DNA from: Candidatus Spongiisociaceae bacterium | GTDB taxonomy: Bacteria > Actinomycetota > Acidimicrobiia > Spongiisociales > Spongiisociaceae | Reading direction: 5' to 3' | Length of the DNA: 64,000 bases | Assembly (NCBI GenBank): GCA_965202665.1 | Contig: OZ241841.1 | Coordinates: forward strand, 64,001 to 128,000 | Shown here: positions 10,878 to 21,810 of the stretch, one piece after another | Numbering within the stretch: position 1 is the first letter of the stretch | Layout of the letters: each line of letters begins with the position of its first letter | Notes under the pieces: model-generated | The model's database searches: none | What the model saw: the letters and a program-made list of their open reading frames with translations, nothing else | Told to the model about the DNA's origin: nothing | Position numbers and translations under genes: made by a program

Positions 10878-12061
10878 CAGGGTCCCTCTGTCCGGTCGGG
10901 GGCGGGAGGGGCGTCCAATCCCATCAGGTCGATGAAGTCGTCGAACAGGCCGAGGGCGTCGTGCGGGCCGGGGGCGGCCTCCGGATGGTATTGCACGGAG
11001 AAGGCGGGAATGTCCAGGCATCTCATCCCCTCCAAGGTGCCGTCGTTCAGGTTCTGATGGGTGGGGCGAATCGGACCGAAGGCGCTTTCCGCCTCCTCCG
11101 GCAGCCTCTCCGGACCGGGCAGGCCCGGCGCGGGGGGCGGGGGGCGGCCCGCCAGCGGCCACAGATCCACCGCGAAGCCGTGGTTCTGGGCCGTGATCTC
11201 CACCCGGCCGTCGCCCAGGCGGCGCACCGGATGGTTCCCCCCGTGATGGCCGAAAGGCAGTTTGAAGGTTTCGGCCCCCAAAGCCAACCCCAGCACCTGG
11301 TGCCCCAGGCAGATGCCGAACACCGGAACCTTGCCCAGCAACCCCCGCAGGGTGGCGATCTGGCGGACCAGGGGTTCGGGGTCGCCCGGCCCGTTGGACA
11401 GGAACACCCCGTCCGGACGGAAGGCCTCCACTTCCTCGGGGAGAACGGTGGCGGGCAGGACGTGCACTTGTATTCCCCGGTCGGCCAGCCGCCGCCCTAT
11501 GTCCCGCTTCATCCCCAAGTCGATGGCCGCCACCCGTCCCACTGGGTCGCCCTCCGGGTCGATCCGGTACGGCCTGGGGGTGGTTACCGCCCCGGCCAGG
11601 TCCTGGCCTTCCATGCCGGGGGCGGCGGCGGCCATCGCCTGCAACTCGGCGATGCCGCCCTCGTCGGAGATGACGGCCGGCTGGGCGCCCGCCTCCCGGA
11701 TGTGGCGGGTGAGGCGGCGGGTGTCGATGTCGGCCAGGGCGCGCACTCCGTGACTGCGCAGGTAGGCGGCGATGGAACCCTCCGCCCGCCAGTTGGAATG
11801 ACGGCGGGACAGGGAGCGCACCACCAGCCCCCGGGCGGCGGGGGCGTCCGCCTGGTCGTCCCAGTCGTTCACCCCGTAGTTGCCGATGTGGGGGGAGGTC
11901 ATTACCACCACCTGCCCGGCGTAGGAGGGGTCGGACAGCACCTCCTGGTAGCCGGTCATGGACGTGTTGAACACCACCTCCCCGACCGCGGGGCCCTCCG
12001 CTCCCACCGCCCGGCCGGTGAACACCTCCCCGGAGGCGGTGACTAAAACGCCCCGTCTCAT
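10877..12061 (-). CDS. carA: Carbamoyl-phosphate synthase small subunit
   Basis: [37 protein letters not shown]. Confidence 0.98.
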   Translation of the reverse strand: MRRGVLVTASGEVFTGRAVGAEGPAVGEVVFNTSMTGYQEVLSDPSYAGQVVVMTSPHIGNYGVNDWDDQADAPAARGLVVRSLSRRHSNWRAEGSIAAYLRSHGVRALADIDTRRLTRHIREAGAQPAVISDEGGIAELQAMAAAAPGMEGQDLAGAVTTPRPYRIDPEGDPVGRVAAIDLGMKRDIGRRLADRGIQVHVLPATVLPEEVEAFRPDGVFLSNGPGDPEPLVRQIATLRGLLGKVPVFGICLGHQVLGLALGAETFKLPFGHHGGNHPVRRLGDGRVEITAQNHGFAVDLWPLAGRPPPPAPGLPGPERLPEEAESAFGPIRPTHQNLNDGTLEGMRCLDIPAFSVQYHPEAAPGPHDALGLFDDFIDLMGLDAPPAPDRTEGP

Positions 12062-13407
12062 ATTCCGGCCCCCGCCGGCGGGGAGGCCGGGCCGTTGGGG
12101 ATGCGTCCCCGGTCGTAGGTGGGGCGGCCCCGGTAGAAGGTGTACCGCACCCGGCCGGTGAGGGGGCGGCCGGTGAAGGGGTTGTTGGAGGATTTGGAAT
12201 GGTAGGGCGGAGCGGGGGTCCAAGGCTCGTCCCAGTCCACCGCCGTCAGGTTGGCGGGGGAACCGGGCCGGATCCACTGTCCCTGGTCGGGGAGGCCGGC
12301 GATGGCGGCGGGGGTTACCGACATGCGCAGGAACAAGGTAACCGGATCGGGATCCAATGCGGTGCGCACCGCCGCCAAGGCGGTTTCCAACCCGGTCACC
12401 CCCCTGGGGGCCTCTTCGAACGGCACATCCTTTTCGTGGGCGGCGTGGGGGGCGTGGTCGGTGGCCACCGCGTCGATGGTTCCGTCGGCCAAGGCCTCCG
12501 CCAAGGCGGCGCGGTCCTGTTCGGCGCGCAACGGCGGATACATTTTGTACACGGGGTCCATTCCCTTCACTTGGCGGTGGGTGAAAACCAGATGGTGGGG
12601 GGCGACTTCGGCGGTTACCGGCAACCCTTTGTCTTTCGCCTCCCTTATCAGGGTTACGGAGGCGGCGGCGCTCACATGCTGGATGTGATATCGGGCGCCG
12701 GTCATTTCGGCCAAGGTCAGGTCGCGGGCCACCGTCACCGTTTCCGCCGCGGCGGGCAGTCCGTACATTCCCAGAAGCGATGATACTTCCCCTTCGTGCA
12801 TGTGCCCGCCCCGGGCCAGCCCCTCGTCCTCGGCGTGCTGGGCGACCACCGCGCCCCGGTCGCACACGTACTCCATCGCCCGGCGCAACAGGCCGGCGTC
12901 GGCCACCGTCCGCCCGTCGTCGGTGAATAATCTCACCCCCGCCTCGAACATTTCATCCAGGCGGGCCAGCGACTTTCCCCGGCCGCTTTTGGTGACGCAC
13001 CCGGCGGGAACCACTTCCGCCAGCCCCGCCGTCCGGCCCCGGTCGGTTACGTAGCGGGCCAGATGCCCGGCGTCCACCGGCGGGTCGGTGTTGGGCATGG
13101 CCAGCAGCGCCGTGTATCCGCCCGCCGCCGCCGCCGCCGACCCGGAGGCTATGTCCTCCTTCCACTCCTCCCCCGGTTCCCGCAAGTGGGCGTGCAAATC
13201 CACCAGCCCCGGCCCCACCACCAGCCCGGCGGCGTCCACCGCCTCGGTTGCGGGGTTTTCCGGGCGGGGCAGGTCGGGGCCGACCGCCGCCACCCGCCCG
13301 TTTTCGATTAAAACGTCGGCGGCGGCCGGGCCGTCGGGGGTGAGAACCGTCCCGCCCGCGATCAGATATCCCACCGGGCGGGGCCTGGAGTCGGCGGCGG
13401 GGGTCAT
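12058..13407 (-). CDS. pyrC: Dihydroorotase
   Basis: [23 protein letters not shown]. Confidence 0.97.
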   Translation of the reverse strand: MTPAADSRPRPVGYLIAGGTVLTPDGPAAADVLIENGRVAAVGPDLPRPENPATEAVDAAGLVVGPGLVDLHAHLREPGEEWKEDIASGSAAAAAGGYTALLAMPNTDPPVDAGHLARYVTDRGRTAGLAEVVPAGCVTKSGRGKSLARLDEMFEAGVRLFTDDGRTVADAGLLRRAMEYVCDRGAVVAQHAEDEGLARGGHMHEGEVSSLLGMYGLPAAAETVTVARDLTLAEMTGARYHIQHVSAAASVTLIREAKDKGLPVTAEVAPHHLVFTHRQVKGMDPVYKMYPPLRAEQDRAALAEALADGTIDAVATDHAPHAAHEKDVPFEEAPRGVTGLETALAAVRTALDPDPVTLFLRMSVTPAAIAGLPDQGQWIRPGSPANLTAVDWDEPWTPAPPYHSKSSNNPFTGRPLTGRVRYTFYRGRPTYDRGRIPNGPASPPAGAGI

Positions 13408-14312
13408 GGCCGTCCCGCCAGGAGCCGGAAAAGCACCGCCATCCGCACCGCCACCCCCGCCTCCACCTGTTCCATCATCAAAGCCCGTTCTTCGCCCGCC
13501 ACCGAATCTTCAATCTCCACGCCCCGGTTCATCGGGCCGGGGTGAAGCACCACCGATTCGGGGGGCATGGCCTCGAACCGGCTCCGGGTGAGGCCGAAGC
13601 GGGAGGCGTATTCGGGCAGGGACGGGAAAACCGAACTTCCGCCCCGCTCCGTCTGGATGCGCAGCAGGCATACGGCGTCCATTTCGCCTATGACGTCGTC
13701 GAAACGGTCGGTGACGGCCGCCGGCCATCCCCGGTCGGTGACCGGTTGCAGGGTGCGGGGCGCCACCAAAGTAACCTCCGCTCCTAGGGCGGTGAAGGCG
13801 AACATGTTGGAACGGGCCACCCGGGAGTGGCGAATGTCGCCCACGATGGCCACCCGCAGCCCGTCCAGTTTGCCGAACCGGCGGCGGAGGGTAAACGAGT
13901 CCAGCAGGGCCTGGGTGGGGTGCTGATGGGCCCCGTCCCCGGCGTTCACCACCGGCAGGCCGGTCCATTCCGCCATCCGCCAAGGAGCGCCGGCCGCCCG
14001 ATGGCGCACCACCAGCAGGTCGGCCCCCATCGCCTGCAGGGTATGGGCTGTGTCGCGCAGGCTTTCCCCTTTGGACAGGGCCGATCCTTTCCCGGCGAAG
14101 TTGATGACTTCGGCGGACAGGGCCCGGGCCGCCCGCTCGAAGGAAAGGCGGGTGCGGGTGGAATCCTCAAAGAACATCAGGGCGGCGCTTGCGCCCTGCA
14201 AGGCGGGGACTTTGGGTATGGGGCGGGCCAGCACCTCCCGGAATTCTTCGGCCAAGTCCAGCAGGTTTTCCAACTCGGCCCGGGGCGCGCCTTCGGTGGT
14301 GAGGAAACTCAT
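13404..14312 (-). CDS. pyrB: Aspartate carbamoyltransferase catalytic subunit
   Basis: [28 protein letters not shown]. Confidence 0.97.
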   Translation of the reverse strand: MSFLTTEGAPRAELENLLDLAEEFREVLARPIPKVPALQGASAALMFFEDSTRTRLSFERAARALSAEVINFAGKGSALSKGESLRDTAHTLQAMGADLLVVRHRAAGAPWRMAEWTGLPVVNAGDGAHQHPTQALLDSFTLRRRFGKLDGLRVAIVGDIRHSRVARSNMFAFTALGAEVTLVAPRTLQPVTDRGWPAAVTDRFDDVIGEMDAVCLLRIQTERGGSSVFPSLPEYASRFGLTRSRFEAMPPESVVLHPGPMNRGVEIEDSVAGEERALMMEQVEAGVAVRMAVLFRLLAGRP

Positions 14313-14851
14313 GTTCCGGCAGGGGGGGCGTCGGGCGATCGTTCTATCCACACCCCTTCTTCCCGGCCTTGGTCGGTTTCGGCCAGACGGGCCGTCACCC
14401 GTTCCGCGCGGGAAGTGGGCACGTTGATTCCCACATAGTCGGGGCGGATGGGAAGTTGGCGGTGCCCCCGATCCGCTAGAACGGCCAGCCGCACCGCCGC
14501 CGGCCGGCCGAAGTCGTTGAGGGCGTCCAAGGCGGAGCGCACGGTGCGGCCCGTGTACAGCACATCGTCCACTAACACCACGGTGCGGCCGGTGATGTCC
14601 ACCGGGAGGCGGGTGCGGGCCAGCCGGGCGGCGGGCCGTTGCGCCAAATCGTCCCGGTGCAGGCCGATGTCCAACGCCCCTACCGGCGTTTCCGCGTCGT
14701 GGAATTCCCGGATGGCGGCGGCTATCCGCTCCGCCAGCGGCGCCCCCCGGGTGTGGATTCCGATTAGCAGGAGCTGGTCCGGACGATCGGCCCCTTCCAT
14801 GATTTCATGGGACATCCGCCGCACCGCCCGGTTAATTTCCTCCCCGGTCAT
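14309..14851 (-). CDS. pyrR: Pyrimidine regulatory protein PyrR / uracil phosphoribosyltransferase
   Basis: [39 protein letters not shown]. Confidence 0.96.
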   Translation of the reverse strand: MTGEEINRAVRRMSHEIMEGADRPDQLLLIGIHTRGAPLAERIAAAIREFHDAETPVGALDIGLHRDDLAQRPAARLARTRLPVDITGRTVVLVDDVLYTGRTVRSALDALNDFGRPAAVRLAVLADRGHRQLPIRPDYVGINVPTSRAERVTARLAETDQGREEGVWIERSPDAPPAGT

Positions 14852-14940
14852 CACCTGCGGCACGGGGCCTCCGCAACCGGAGCGGGATGGGCGGCGCCAA
14901 CCGCGGCGGGCGGGGGCCGTCCCTGAGCGGACAAGGGCAT
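14851..14940 (-). CDS. Putative 29-aa leader peptide ([29 protein letters not shown]) coupled to pyrR
   Basis: AAGGAG-AAACA-ATG at 14940; its TGA overlaps the pyrR ATG (TGATG at 14853-14849); reading frame differs from pyrR. Confidence 0.5.
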   Translation of the reverse strand: MPLSAQGRPPPAAVGAAHPAPVAEAPCRR

Positions 14941-14947
14941 TGTTTCT

Positions 14948-14978
14948 CCTTCCCGGCCTCGCCGAACCGGATTAAAGG
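14948..14978 (-). promoter_or_regulatory. PyrR-binding RNA element
   Basis: Minus strand CCTTTAATCCGGTTCGGCGAGGCCGGGAAGG matches the PyrR binding loop layout (CCUUUAA...GAGG...GAAGG) directly upstream of the pyr operon. Confidence 0.85.
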
Positions 14979-15181
14979 TCTTGCTTGGCATTTTAGCCCG
15001 TCGTCTCCCCCGGCATAAATCCCACCTCCGCGGCCTCCTCATAGCGTCCGGCTACGGGCGGGCCGTCTAGGATGGGAAATGTCGCACCGGCCTCCTACCC
15101 TGCGCCCTATAGCCGGTTCCGAGGTTGCGCTGGCCGCCGGGGGGTAACCGGGGCCCGACTGACGCCGGAGGAGAAGGGGAT

Positions 15182-18016
15182 ATGAGCACAACCGAAGAAC
15201 TGTTCAACGAAGGCTTGGCCGGCTCTTTGCGACGGTGCCTGCCCGAATGGGATCAGCCCGACGTGGTAATTGCGGAGCAGACCGGGCTGTTGGCCTCCAG
15301 TCTCAGAAAGAAGGTGGACATTTTGGTGTCGGACCCATATCTGCCGCCGGTGTGCCTTGAGGTGGAGATTGACCCGCCCGCCGGGCAAAGCAACCCCGCG
15401 GAGGACGCTATCCGCCGTTTGGGCGAGCAGTTGTCCCCAGAGGCGGGCGCCTACGCGAATCAACATGTCAGCACCTCCATAGCGGTGCGCGCCCCTTTCG
15501 CGGTGAGAGATCTCAAAACTTTCCAGGAAAGGAGGGACGCCCTGTTGGGAGGCATGCCGCTTTTCTATAAAGCCTGTTACCAGGAGGGCAAAGAAGGCTA
15601 CATTACCTATCCAAGAGAAGGGTACATAAACGGAACCGTCCGGGAGTTATCCGAATTCATAAAATTAGCTGCAATCCCCACTGAAGAAATGAGACGCACC
15701 TCCGACAAAATAATCAATGCAGTAAAAAGCGCGGCGACCAAGATTTCCCGCGCCCTAAATGATGAGGGGGAACGGCGTCGAATAGCGGATGTCTTGGCGC
15801 GTAGGGACCCAGATGGCGCATTGAGGGTGGCGGCTGTTGTCTGGTTGAACGCTTTTTTGATGCAGAATAAACTGGCTTCGGCATTGCCCGAACATGTTCT
15901 TTCCATTCAACAAATGATAGATCAAGAGGGCGACGGTATGTTACGTAACCGGAATATCAGAAAAGTTTGGGTTGATATTCAGAGAATAAACTATCGCTCC
16001 ATTTATGACCCGGCATTGGGCGCGTTGCCGCGTAACATAAATGCTTATATTCTTATGGATTCTCTTCAGAATATTATTGAAGCTGCGGAAGATACTGAAA
16101 TTACAAATTTGGATAAGGTTATCAATGTCGGGGGGGACCTTTTCGCCCGTATGATAGTGGATCGGAAGGAAACCGCTTCCTTTTATACCTTGCCGGAGGT
16201 GGCTGAATTGTTAGCCTACTTGACTATCCCGGCCGATGTATCACCCGCCAACGGCAGTTGGGGCAAGGTACGGCTGGGAGATTTCGCTTGCGGTACCGGA
16301 ACTCTTCTCCGGGCAGGTTATCGCAGGATCAGTTCTTTAGCTAACGATGAATCTTTGCACAAGTGGCTGATAACGGAGGGTATTGCCGGTTTTGATATAA
16401 CTCCCATAGCGGCGCATTTAACAGCCACCGCTTTGGCCTCTTTCGAACCCGCCCAGTCCTACTATACTACCAACATCGGGGTGGTTCCCATAGGAACGGA
16501 CGGTCGGACCGGTTCCCTGGAATTGCTTAATGAATATATGTTGGAAAATTTGTTCGGATCCGGCACTAAGGCCTCTCTGGGCAAGAAAGACGATGATGAA
16601 GAAGATAAGATTACCGCCGCTACCGGTTTGACCGCAATGAACGGAACCTTCGATTTCATTCTTATGAACCCTCCTTATTCTCGTACTCGGGGCGGACAAT
16701 CCGCTTTTGACATTGAAGGGGTGCCGCCGGAAGAACGTAAGCTATGTCAAGCTAGAGCCGGTAAACTGCGTAAGAAAACTCCCGCCAACGGACAGGCGGG
16801 CCTGGGTTCTGACTTTGCGGTAATCGCCGACCTTAAACTGGCCGATCACGGGCGGGTGGGGCTGGTTCTGCCTATGACCGCCGCCTCTGCCTCCTCTTGG
16901 CGTCAAGTTCGGAAAATGTTTGAAAAACAATACAGCGATCTAACTACCGTCTCTTACGCAGGAGGCGCGAAAGGCGGCAAAGAGTCAATGTCCGCCGATA
17001 CTCATCAGGGGGAAATGTTGCTAATAGCGCAGAAGGGACTAAAAGGACGAGCCGGTATCGCCAGCGTCATCATTGACCATCCTGTTCGGTCTATGGCGGA
17101 GGCCGCCGAAACCGCCCGGGGTATCACCAAATCTCTCCGGGGAACTGAACCGGGGCAGGAAGGGATTCTGAGAGTCGGGGAAGACGAAGTAGGACGCTGG
17201 CGGGTGCAGTCGGTGTCAAATGAAGGCGACTCTTGGGGTGCGGTCGGTGCGCAAAGCCTGGAATTAACCGACATTATCAGCGAACTGTTAAGGGGAAAAT
17301 TTGGTCCCCAAAAAGTAAAAATGACTACGGTAGGGGAGCTATTCACAGTGGGACCCACCCATCATCTGATCGGCCATGTAGTAGGTAAGGAAGCAATAGG
17401 GGCCTTTGAGTTTCATTCCATAAAAGGTTCGGCAAGCCCCCGGCTGGGGGATCGGGCGCTCTGGTCGTCCGGACGTAAATATCAGGACAATCAAACCATT
17501 AACGTGTCACCGACCCATTACGGGATTGTTTACAACCCTGATAAAGCGGATGGCATACGCGAAAGCGCATCCGATCTGTTGTTGCAACGCAATATGAGAT
17601 GGACATCTCAACCGGCTTTAGCGGCCTATGCTGAAAGGTCCATGCTAGGCGGTCAAGGGTGGATCACATTGCAACACAATAACAATTTAGTAAAGTTGGG
17701 ATTCGCTTTATGGGCCAACTCTACATTGGGAATGGCGACATATTGGTATCACGGAGGACGTCAACATAGCGGAAGAACCCGGGCTCAAGTGACCAGTATA
17801 ACCGCCCTGCCCTGCCCTGATTTTCAACATTACATCAGCAAACTCGAAGGTTTGGATGATGTTAGCGATTTTGATCTTGATCTGGCTAACCGCGCTGACC
17901 AAGATCAAACCAGGGCAAAATTTGATGAACTTGTTTCGGAAGTCCTTGATATTGATTACGATAAGATTCGCCAACTGGCGGGAATGTGGGTAGCGGAACC
18001 GTCAGTAAAAGGATGA
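15182..18016 (+). CDS. Fused restriction-modification enzyme, type IIG-like (nuclease + amino-methyltransferase + putative target recognition domain)
   Basis: Motif I DFACGTGTLL, motif IV ILMNPPY, FYTLPEVAELLA (motif X-like), N-terminal VDILV..VCLEVE PD-(D/E)xK-like core; low GC; oriented opposite to neighbours. Confidence 0.8.
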   Translation: MSTTEELFNEGLAGSLRRCLPEWDQPDVVIAEQTGLLASSLRKKVDILVSDPYLPPVCLEVEIDPPAGQSNPAEDAIRRLGEQLSPEAGAYANQHVSTSIAVRAPFAVRDLKTFQERRDALLGGMPLFYKACYQEGKEGYITYPREGYINGTVRELSEFIKLAAIPTEEMRRTSDKIINAVKSAATKISRALNDEGERRRIADVLARRDPDGALRVAAVVWLNAFLMQNKLASALPEHVLSIQQMIDQEGDGMLRNRNIRKVWVDIQRINYRSIYDPALGALPRNINAYILMDSLQNIIEAAEDTEITNLDKVINVGGDLFARMIVDRKETASFYTLPEVAELLAYLTIPADVSPANGSWGKVRLGDFACGTGTLLRAGYRRISSLANDESLHKWLITEGIAGFDITPIAAHLTATALASFEPAQSYYTTNIGVVPIGTDGRTGSLELLNEYMLENLFGSGTKASLGKKDDDEEDKITAATGLTAMNGTFDFILMNPPYSRTRGGQSAFDIEGVPPEERKLCQARAGKLRKKTPANGQAGLGSDFAVIADLKLADHGRVGLVLPMTAASASSWRQVRKMFEKQYSDLTTVSYAGGAKGGKESMSADTHQGEMLLIAQKGLKGRAGIASVIIDHPVRSMAEAAETARGITKSLRGTEPGQEGILRVGEDEVGRWRVQSVSNEGDSWGAVGAQSLELTDIISELLRGKFGPQKVKMTTVGELFTVGPTHHLIGHVVGKEAIGAFEFHSIKGSASPRLGDRALWSSGRKYQDNQTINVSPTHYGIVYNPDKADGIRESASDLLLQRNMRWTSQPALAAYAERSMLGGQGWITLQHNNNLVKLGFALWANSTLGMATYWYHGGRQHSGRTRAQVTSITALPCPDFQHYISKLEGLDDVSDFDLDLANRADQDQTRAKFDELVSEVLDIDYDKIRQLAGMWVAEPSVKG

Positions 18017-18041
18017 CCGGTTCGTCTCTCCGGGGAAAGGC

Positions 18042-18494
18042 CTACCCGGTGTCGGAGATGGCATCGGCGGGTAGATGGGCGGCTAGCACGCCGTTGATGA
18101 AAACGCTGCTGGCGGCGGTGGAAAAACGTTTAGCCAGCTCTATCGCCTCGTTCAAAACCACCGCCGGGGGCGTGTCCTCATACTGCAACTCATACAAACC
18201 CAGCCGCAAAATTGCCCGATCCACGGCCGCCATCCGGGGCACCGCCCAATGATCGGACGACTGACCCAGGGCTTCATCCAACTCCGGGAGACGGGACCAC
18301 GCCCCCTCCGCATAACGGCGAGCCCGCCCCCTCAAATGAGTAGTGTCCGGCTCCGCAAAGTTGCGCTGTTCCGCCTCATAGAGGGCCTTGAGCGCTTGCT
18401 GCCGCGCCCGTCTTCCGCTAGTAGCCGTCCCGGCGTGCTTCTCTGATTCGTCGGGGGAATCCTGCGTTTGCGCCCGCGGCTCGGAGGAGATCAC
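18042..18494 (-). CDS. nusB: Transcription antitermination factor NusB
   Basis: [46 protein letters not shown]. Confidence 0.96.
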   Translation of the reverse strand: MISSEPRAQTQDSPDESEKHAGTATSGRRARQQALKALYEAEQRNFAEPDTTHLRGRARRYAEGAWSRLPELDEALGQSSDHWAVPRMAAVDRAILRLGLYELQYEDTPPAVVLNEAIELAKRFSTAASSVFINGVLAAHLPADAISDTG

Positions 18495-19048
18495 ACCCGG
18501 GTGATATATTCACCGGAGCGGGTGTCCACTTTTATGACATCGCCCGCCTCCACAAACAGCGGCGCTTGCACTACCAGCCCGGTCTGCACGGTTACGCCTT
18601 TGGTCGCCCCCGACACCCGGTCGCCCTTCACCCCCGGTTCCGCTTCCGTCACCTCCAGCTCCACCGCCGCCGGCAACTCCACCCCCAGGGCCCGGCCTTT
18701 GAACAGCCGCAACCCGGCCACCGCCCCTTCCGTCAAAAACCGGCGGGCCTCTCCCACCTCGTCCGGCGACAGCGCATGTTGCGAATAGTCCTCCAGGTTC
18801 ATGAAATGGCAGCCCAGGTCGTCTTCGTACAGGAACTGGTGATCGCGTCTTTCCACCATCGCCCGCGGAACGTCCTCGTCCGCCCGGAACGTCCGGTCCA
18901 CCACCGCTCCCGAATTCAGGTTGCGCAGTTTCATCCGCACGAAGGCCCGTCCTTTGCCCGGCTTCACATGCTGATGCTCCAGAATCTGAAACAGGCCTTC
19001 GGGCAACTCCAGGGCCATCCCCGTTTTGACGTCGTTGGTGGAAACCAT
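18491..19048 (-). CDS. efp: Elongation factor P
   Basis: [27 protein letters not shown]. Confidence 0.98.
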   Translation of the reverse strand: MVSTNDVKTGMALELPEGLFQILEHQHVKPGKGRAFVRMKLRNLNSGAVVDRTFRADEDVPRAMVERRDHQFLYEDDLGCHFMNLEDYSQHALSPDEVGEARRFLTEGAVAGLRLFKGRALGVELPAAVELEVTEAEPGVKGDRVSGATKGVTVQTGLVVQAPLFVEAGDVIKVDTRSGEYITRV

Positions 19049-19081
19049 GCCCCCATATTAGGGGGATGGCCCGCCGTCCGC

Positions 19082-20596
19082 CTACCCCGCCCCGATGGCG
19101 GCCAAGCCCAAGTCGATTTCCTCCGGCCCCACCGGTTCCACCACCGGGTCCCCGATGCCCCTGAGCAACACCATTCGCAGACCTTGCTCCGTTCGTTTCT
19201 TATCCCGGGAAATCAAGGTCAGAACCCGGTCCCGGTCCACCGGCGGGGCCTGCGTCGGCAACCCCAGCTTCTCCAGCGGACCCCGCACCAGTTGCGGATC
19301 GAATCCGTAGCGGTGGGCGGACACTTCCGCCTCCGCCGCCATCCCCACCGCCACCGCCAACCCGTGGGGCATCCCGCACGCCGCCTCCACCCCGTGCCCG
19401 ATGGTGTGGCCGAAGTTGAGCGCCGCCCGGCGGCCCGCTTCCCGGAAGTCGGCCGCCACCACCTCCGTTTTCACCGCCGCCGCCCGCCGCACCACCTCCC
19501 CCAGCGGGGCTTTCAGGCCGCGCCGGTCGAACAACTCGGTCAAAGCCGGGTCGGCGATGAACCCGGCTTTGACCGCCTCCGCCGCCCCTTCCCGCAGCAG
19601 CTCCGCCGGCAACTTCTCCAAAATCCGCAGGTTGATCGCCACCCGGGACGGATGCCAAAAGGCCCCCACCAGGTTCTTGCCGGCCACGTTCACCCCGGTT
19701 TTGCCCCCGATGGCGGCGTCCACCGCCGCCAGCAAAGTGGTGGGAACCAAAACGCTTTCCACTCCCCGCAGCCAGGTGGCGGCCACGAACCCGGCCAAGT
19801 CGGTGGCCGCTCCCCCGCCCACCCCGACGATGACGTCGCGTCTTCCCAGGTTGGCCTCCGCCAGCCGCTCATAGGCCATCCCCGCGGTGGCCACCGTCTT
19901 CGCCGCGTCCCGGTCCGGCAACGCGATGGAGGCGGCGACCGCCAGCCCCCGCCCCCGCAAGTCCTCCGTTACCCGCTCCGCCCAGTCCGCAACCGACAGC
20001 TGGTAGAACACCGCCGCCGCCCGCCGCCCCTCCGAGTCGGGCAACAGGGGGGAGGGCAGATGCGGGCCGATCAGAACCTCCGAGGACTCGCCCGCCGTAA
20101 GCCTCGCGCATTCCCCGGCCCGGGCCGCCGTCTCCTCCGCCGAACCGCTTCCGTCGATCACGTAATGGGCGGCCGCCTGGTAATGCGGGCGGCGTTCGGC
20201 CAGCAGCTCCTCCAGGCGGGAGGCGGCGTCCCGCCCTTCCAGCAGGGGCCGCCCTCCCTGGGCCCGCCCGGCCAAAACGGAAACCGGGGCGTCCAGCCAC
20301 GCCACCGCTCCGCTGTCGCGCATCGCCTCCCGGTTGGACTTGTCCAAAACCGCCCCCCCGCCGGTGGAAATAACCGCCTCCCCCGGGGCGGCGGCCAGCC
20401 GGGCCACCTCTTCTTTCTCCAACCTCCGGAAGCGCTCCTCCCCTCCGGCGGCGAATATTTGGCCGATGGAAAGGCCCGCCCGCTCCTCGATCAGCCGGTC
20501 CATGTCCCGATGGGCGACTCCCCGGGCGGCCGCCGCCAGCTCCCCGGCAGTGGTTTTGCCGGAGCCCATCATTCCGATGAGCCAGACTTTTCCCAT
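19082..20596 (-). CDS. aroKB: Bifunctional shikimate kinase / 3-dehydroquinate synthase
   Basis: N-terminal GMMGSGKTT and STGGG; C-terminal GGGAATDLAGFVAATWLRG, GGKTGVN, LNFGHTIGH. Confidence 0.93.
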   Translation of the reverse strand: MGKVWLIGMMGSGKTTAGELAAAARGVAHRDMDRLIEERAGLSIGQIFAAGGEERFRRLEKEEVARLAAAPGEAVISTGGGAVLDKSNREAMRDSGAVAWLDAPVSVLAGRAQGGRPLLEGRDAASRLEELLAERRPHYQAAAHYVIDGSGSAEETAARAGECARLTAGESSEVLIGPHLPSPLLPDSEGRRAAAVFYQLSVADWAERVTEDLRGRGLAVAASIALPDRDAAKTVATAGMAYERLAEANLGRRDVIVGVGGGAATDLAGFVAATWLRGVESVLVPTTLLAAVDAAIGGKTGVNVAGKNLVGAFWHPSRVAINLRILEKLPAELLREGAAEAVKAGFIADPALTELFDRRGLKAPLGEVVRRAAAVKTEVVAADFREAGRRAALNFGHTIGHGVEAACGMPHGLAVAVGMAAEAEVSAHRYGFDPQLVRGPLEKLGLPTQAPPVDRDRVLTLISRDKKRTEQGLRMVLLRGIGDPVVEPVGPEEIDLGLAAIGAG

Positions 20597-20602
20597 CGGC
20601 GT

Positions 20603-21754
20603 TCAGAAGCCGGCCAGCCGGGCCCGGTAGGCTTCCACCCCGGCTGTGAAATCGGCCAACGCGTCCCCGCCGAACTTGCGTTGCATCTCCTGGGCCAGCA
20701 CCACGGCCACCATCTGTTCGGCCACCACCCCCGCCGCGGGCACCGCGCACACGTCCGACCGCTCCCGAAAGGCCTTCTCCGGTTGCTTGGTGACCACGTC
20801 CACCGTGCGCAAAGGGCGCATCACCGTGGAAATCGGTTTCATGGCCGCCCGCACCCGCAACGGCTGGCCGGTGGACATCCCCCCCTCGGTCCCCCCCGCC
20901 CGGACGGTGGGGCGGACGAAAACGCCGTCCTCGTAGAAAATCTCGTCGTGGGCCTCCGAACCCCGGCGGCGGGCCGTTTCCATCCCATCCCCCACCTCCA
21001 CCGCTTTTATGGCCTGGATGGACATCAAAGCCCCGGCCAGCCGGGCGTCCAGCCGCCTCTCCCAATGCACATGGGATCCGATCCCGGGGGGCAAGCCGTG
21101 CGCCACCACTTCCACCACCCCGCCCAAAGTGTCCCGGTCGGCGGCGGCCCGTTCTATTTCAGCCACCATCTCCGCCTCCGCCTCGGCTCCGAAGGCCCGC
21201 ACCGGCGAAGAGTCTATGGCGGGCAGGTCCTCCACGGCGGGGAGGTCCTCCCGTTGCGACTCCGCCCGCCCGATGGCCGTCACATGGCTCAGCACCGCCA
21301 CCCCGGCCGCCGCCAGCAGTTGCTTGGCCAGGTAGCCGGCGACGGTGCGGGCCGCCGTTTCCCGGGCCGAGGCCCTTTCCAGAATGTTGCGGGCGTCTTT
21401 GGTGTCGTATTTGAGCATTCCCGCCAAGTCGGCGTGGCCGGGGCGGGGGGTGGTCATAGGACGGCGCGGCTCCCCCGGATCGGGGGACATTTCCTCCGAC
21501 CAGCGGGGCCATTCCGTGTTGCGAATCAGCACCGCCACCGGCGAACCCAGGGTCAGGCCGTGCCGCACCCCGCCCAGGAACTCCAGCTCGTCCCGCTCTA
21601 TCTTCATCCGGTTGCCCCGCCCGAATCCCAGTCGGCGGCGGGCCAGCTCGGAGGCCAGTCCCTCCCGCAGGCAGGGCATGCCGGCGGGGAGGCCCTCCAC
21701 GATGGTCACCAAGCCCGGGCCGTGCGATTCTCCGGCGGTGAGAAAACGAAACAT
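20603..21754 (-). CDS. aroC: Chorismate synthase
   Basis: FLTAGESHG, PRPGHAD, ERASARETA, MKPIST, ERSDVC. Confidence 0.98.
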   Translation of the reverse strand: MFRFLTAGESHGPGLVTIVEGLPAGMPCLREGLASELARRRLGFGRGNRMKIERDELEFLGGVRHGLTLGSPVAVLIRNTEWPRWSEEMSPDPGEPRRPMTTPRPGHADLAGMLKYDTKDARNILERASARETAARTVAGYLAKQLLAAAGVAVLSHVTAIGRAESQREDLPAVEDLPAIDSSPVRAFGAEAEAEMVAEIERAAADRDTLGGVVEVVAHGLPPGIGSHVHWERRLDARLAGALMSIQAIKAVEVGDGMETARRRGSEAHDEIFYEDGVFVRPTVRAGGTEGGMSTGQPLRVRAAMKPISTVMRPLRTVDVVTKQPEKAFRERSDVCAVPAAGVVAEQMVAVVLAQEMQRKFGGDALADFTAGVEAYRARLAGF

Positions 21755-21810
21755 AGGCCGATATTAGAGGATGGCCGGGACGTTTCCCGGACGCCGCCCG
21801 CCCCGGCTGG

